A program made the position numbers and the translations under genes. From Macrostomum lignano (taxonomy: Eukaryota), in assembly GCA_002269645.1 (NCBI GenBank), contig NIVC01000387.1, positions 439,392 to 503,391 of the forward strand: a stretch of DNA of 64,000 bases, written 5' to 3'. The notes below the pieces were generated by a model that made no database searches, was not told the origin of the DNA, and was given only the letters and a program-made list of their open reading frames with translations. This document shows positions 61,701-64,000 of the stretch, piece after piece. The first letter of the stretch is position 1, and each line of letters begins with the position of its first letter.

Positions 61701-64000
61701 AGTCATAGAAGAGTCTATCGAGACTGGAATCAGTCATAGAAGAGTCTATCGAGACTGGAATCATAGTCATAGAAGAGTCTATCGAGACTGGAATCAGTCA
61801 TAGAAGAGTCTATCGAGACTGGAATCATAGTCATAGAAGAGTCTATCGAGACTGGAATCATAGTCATAGAAGAGTCTATCGAGACTGGAATCATAGTCAT
61901 AGAAGAGTCTATCGAGACTGGAATCATAGTCATAGAAGAGTCTATCGAGACTGGAATCATAGTCATAGAAGAGTCTATCGAGACTGGAATCATAGTCATA
62001 GAAGAGTCTATCGAGACTGGAATCATAGTCATAGAAGAGTCTATCGAGACTGGAATCATCATAGAAGAGTCTATCGAGACTGGAATCATAGTCATAGAAG
62101 AGTCTATCGAGACTGGAATCATAGTCATAGAAGAGTCTATCGAGACTGGAATCATAGTCATAGAAGAGTCTATCGAGACTGGAATCAGTCATAGAAGAGT
62201 CTATCGAGACTGGAATCATCATAGAAGAGTCTATCGAGACTGGAATCATCATAGAAGAGTCTATCGAGACTGGAATCATAGTCATAGAAGAGTCTATCGA
62301 GACTGGAATCATCATAGAAGAGTCTATCGAGACTGGAATCATAGTCATAGAAGAGTCTATCGAGACTGGAATCATAGTCATAGAAGAGTCTATCGAGACT
62401 GGAATCATAGTCATAGAAGAGTCTATCGAGACTGGAATCATAGTCATAGAAGAGTCTATCGAGACTGGAATCATAGTCATAGAAGAGTCTATCGAGACTG
62501 GAATCATAGTCATAGAAGAGTCTATCGAGACTGGAATCATAGTCATAGAAGAGTCTATCGAGACTGGAATCATAGTCATAGAAGAGTCTATCGAGACTGG
62601 AATCATCATAGAAGAGTCTATCGAGACTGGAATCATAGTCATAGAAGAGTCTATCGAGACTGGAATCATCATAGAAGAGTCTATCGAGACTGGAATCATA
62701 GTCATAGAAGAGTCTATCGAGACTGGAATCATAGTCATAGAAGAGTCTATCGAGACTGGAATCATAGTCATAGAAGAGTCTATCGAGACTGGAATCTCAT
62801 AGAAGAGTCTATCGAGACTGGAATCATAGTCATAGAAGAGTCTATCGAGACTGGAATCATCATAGAAGAGTCTATCGAGACTGGAATCATAGTCATAGAA
62901 GAGTCTATCGAGACTGAATCATCATAGAAGAGTCTATCGAGACTGGAATCATAGTCATAGAAGAGTCTATCGAGACTGGAATCATAGTCATAGAAGAGTC
63001 TATCGAGACTGGAATCATAGTCATAGAAGAGTCTATCGAGACTGGAATCATTATAGAAGAGTCTATCGAGACTGGAATCTTAGTCATAGAAGAGTCTATC
63101 GAGACTGGAATCATAGTCATAGAAGAGTCTATCGAGACTGGAATCATAGTCATAGAAGAGTCTATCGAGACTGGAATCATCATAGAAGAGTCTATCGAGA
63201 CTGGAATCATAGTCATAGAAGAGTCTATCGAGACTGGAATCATAGTCATAGAAGAGTCTATCGAGACTGGAATCATAGTCATAGAAGAGTCTATCGAGAC
63301 TGGAATCATAGTCATAGAAGAGTCTATCGAGACTGGAATCATAGTCATAGAAGAGTCTATCGAGACTGGAATCATAGTCATAGAAGAGTCTATCGAGACT
63401 GGAATCATAGTCATAGAAGAGTCTATCGAGACTGGAATCATAGTCATAGAAGAGTCTATCGAGACTGGAATCATAGTCATAGAAGAGTCTATCGAGACTG
63501 GAATCATAGTCATAGAAGAGTCTATCGAGACTGGAATCATAGTCATAGAAGAGTCTATCGAGACTGGAATCATCATAGAAGAGTCTATCGAGACTGGAAT
63601 CATAGTCATAGAAGAGTCTATCGAGACTGGAATCATAGTCATAGAAGAGTCTATCGAGACTGGAATCATAGAAGAGTCTATCGAGACTGGAATCTAGTCA
63701 TAGAAGAGTCTATCGAGACTGGAATCATAGTCATAGAAGAGTCTATCGAGACTGAATCATAGTCATAGAAGAGTCTATCGAGACTGGAATCATAGTCATA
63801 GAAGAGTCTATCGAGACTGGAATCATAGTCATAGAAGAGTCTATCGAGACTGGAATCATAGTCATAGAAGAGTCTATCGAGACTGGAATCATCATAGAAG
63901 AGTCTATCGAGACTGGAATCATAGTCATAGAAGAGTCTATCGAGACTGGAATCATAGTCATAGAAGAGTCTATCGAGACTGGAATCATAGTCATAGAAGA
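46738..64000. repeat. 33-bp satellite (GAAGAGTCTATCGAGACTGGAATCATAGTCATA) with a 30-bp variant; over 17 kb, more than 500 copies, runs off the window end
   Basis: Direct periodicity; source of the MTMIPVSIDSS and DSSLDRLFYDY ORFs. Confidence 0.98.

Noticed and set aside
46806-63994. Giant ORFs up to 2667 aa (MTMIPVSIDSS / DSSLDRLFYDY)
   Set aside because: They arise from a 33-bp unit with stop-free frames. They overlap in two frames, switch frame at random indels, and have no unique N- or C-terminal sequence or splice context.

Overview
Eukaryotic (metazoan) genomic DNA with spliceosomal GT-AG introns and no prokaryotic features. GC-rich exons separated by minisatellite-filled introns resemble a free-living flatworm such as Macrostomum; this is an inference, not verified. 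Four genes were reconstructed by hand. On the minus strand, in transcription order: ARL8 (3 exons, 33356-26439), RPAIN/RIP (2 exons, 22954-21765) and a PLEKHG7-like DH-PH RhoGEF (13 phase-consistent exons from 14458 to 1780, tentative further 5' exons, continuing off the left edge). On the plus strand: an NPY/NPF-receptor-like class A GPCR (3 exons, 39557-45601). Roughly half the window is tandem repeat: about 20 mostly unrelated arrays, including a 33-bp satellite over 17 kb long running off the right edge. The very long ORFs in the track are repeat artefacts. Most interesting signals: (1) a 3.5-kb array whose unit is the tRNA-head/Pol III A-box of the CORE-type SINE lying directly behind it; (2) a decayed piggyBac in GPCR intron 1 with TTAA duplications and about 700-bp inverted arms that contain transposase coding sequence (fold-back element); (3) a 1.87-kb non-autonomous DNA transposon (15-bp perfect TIRs, 8-bp TSD) in ARL8 intron 1 carrying a 28S rRNA helix-69 to helix-71 fragment.
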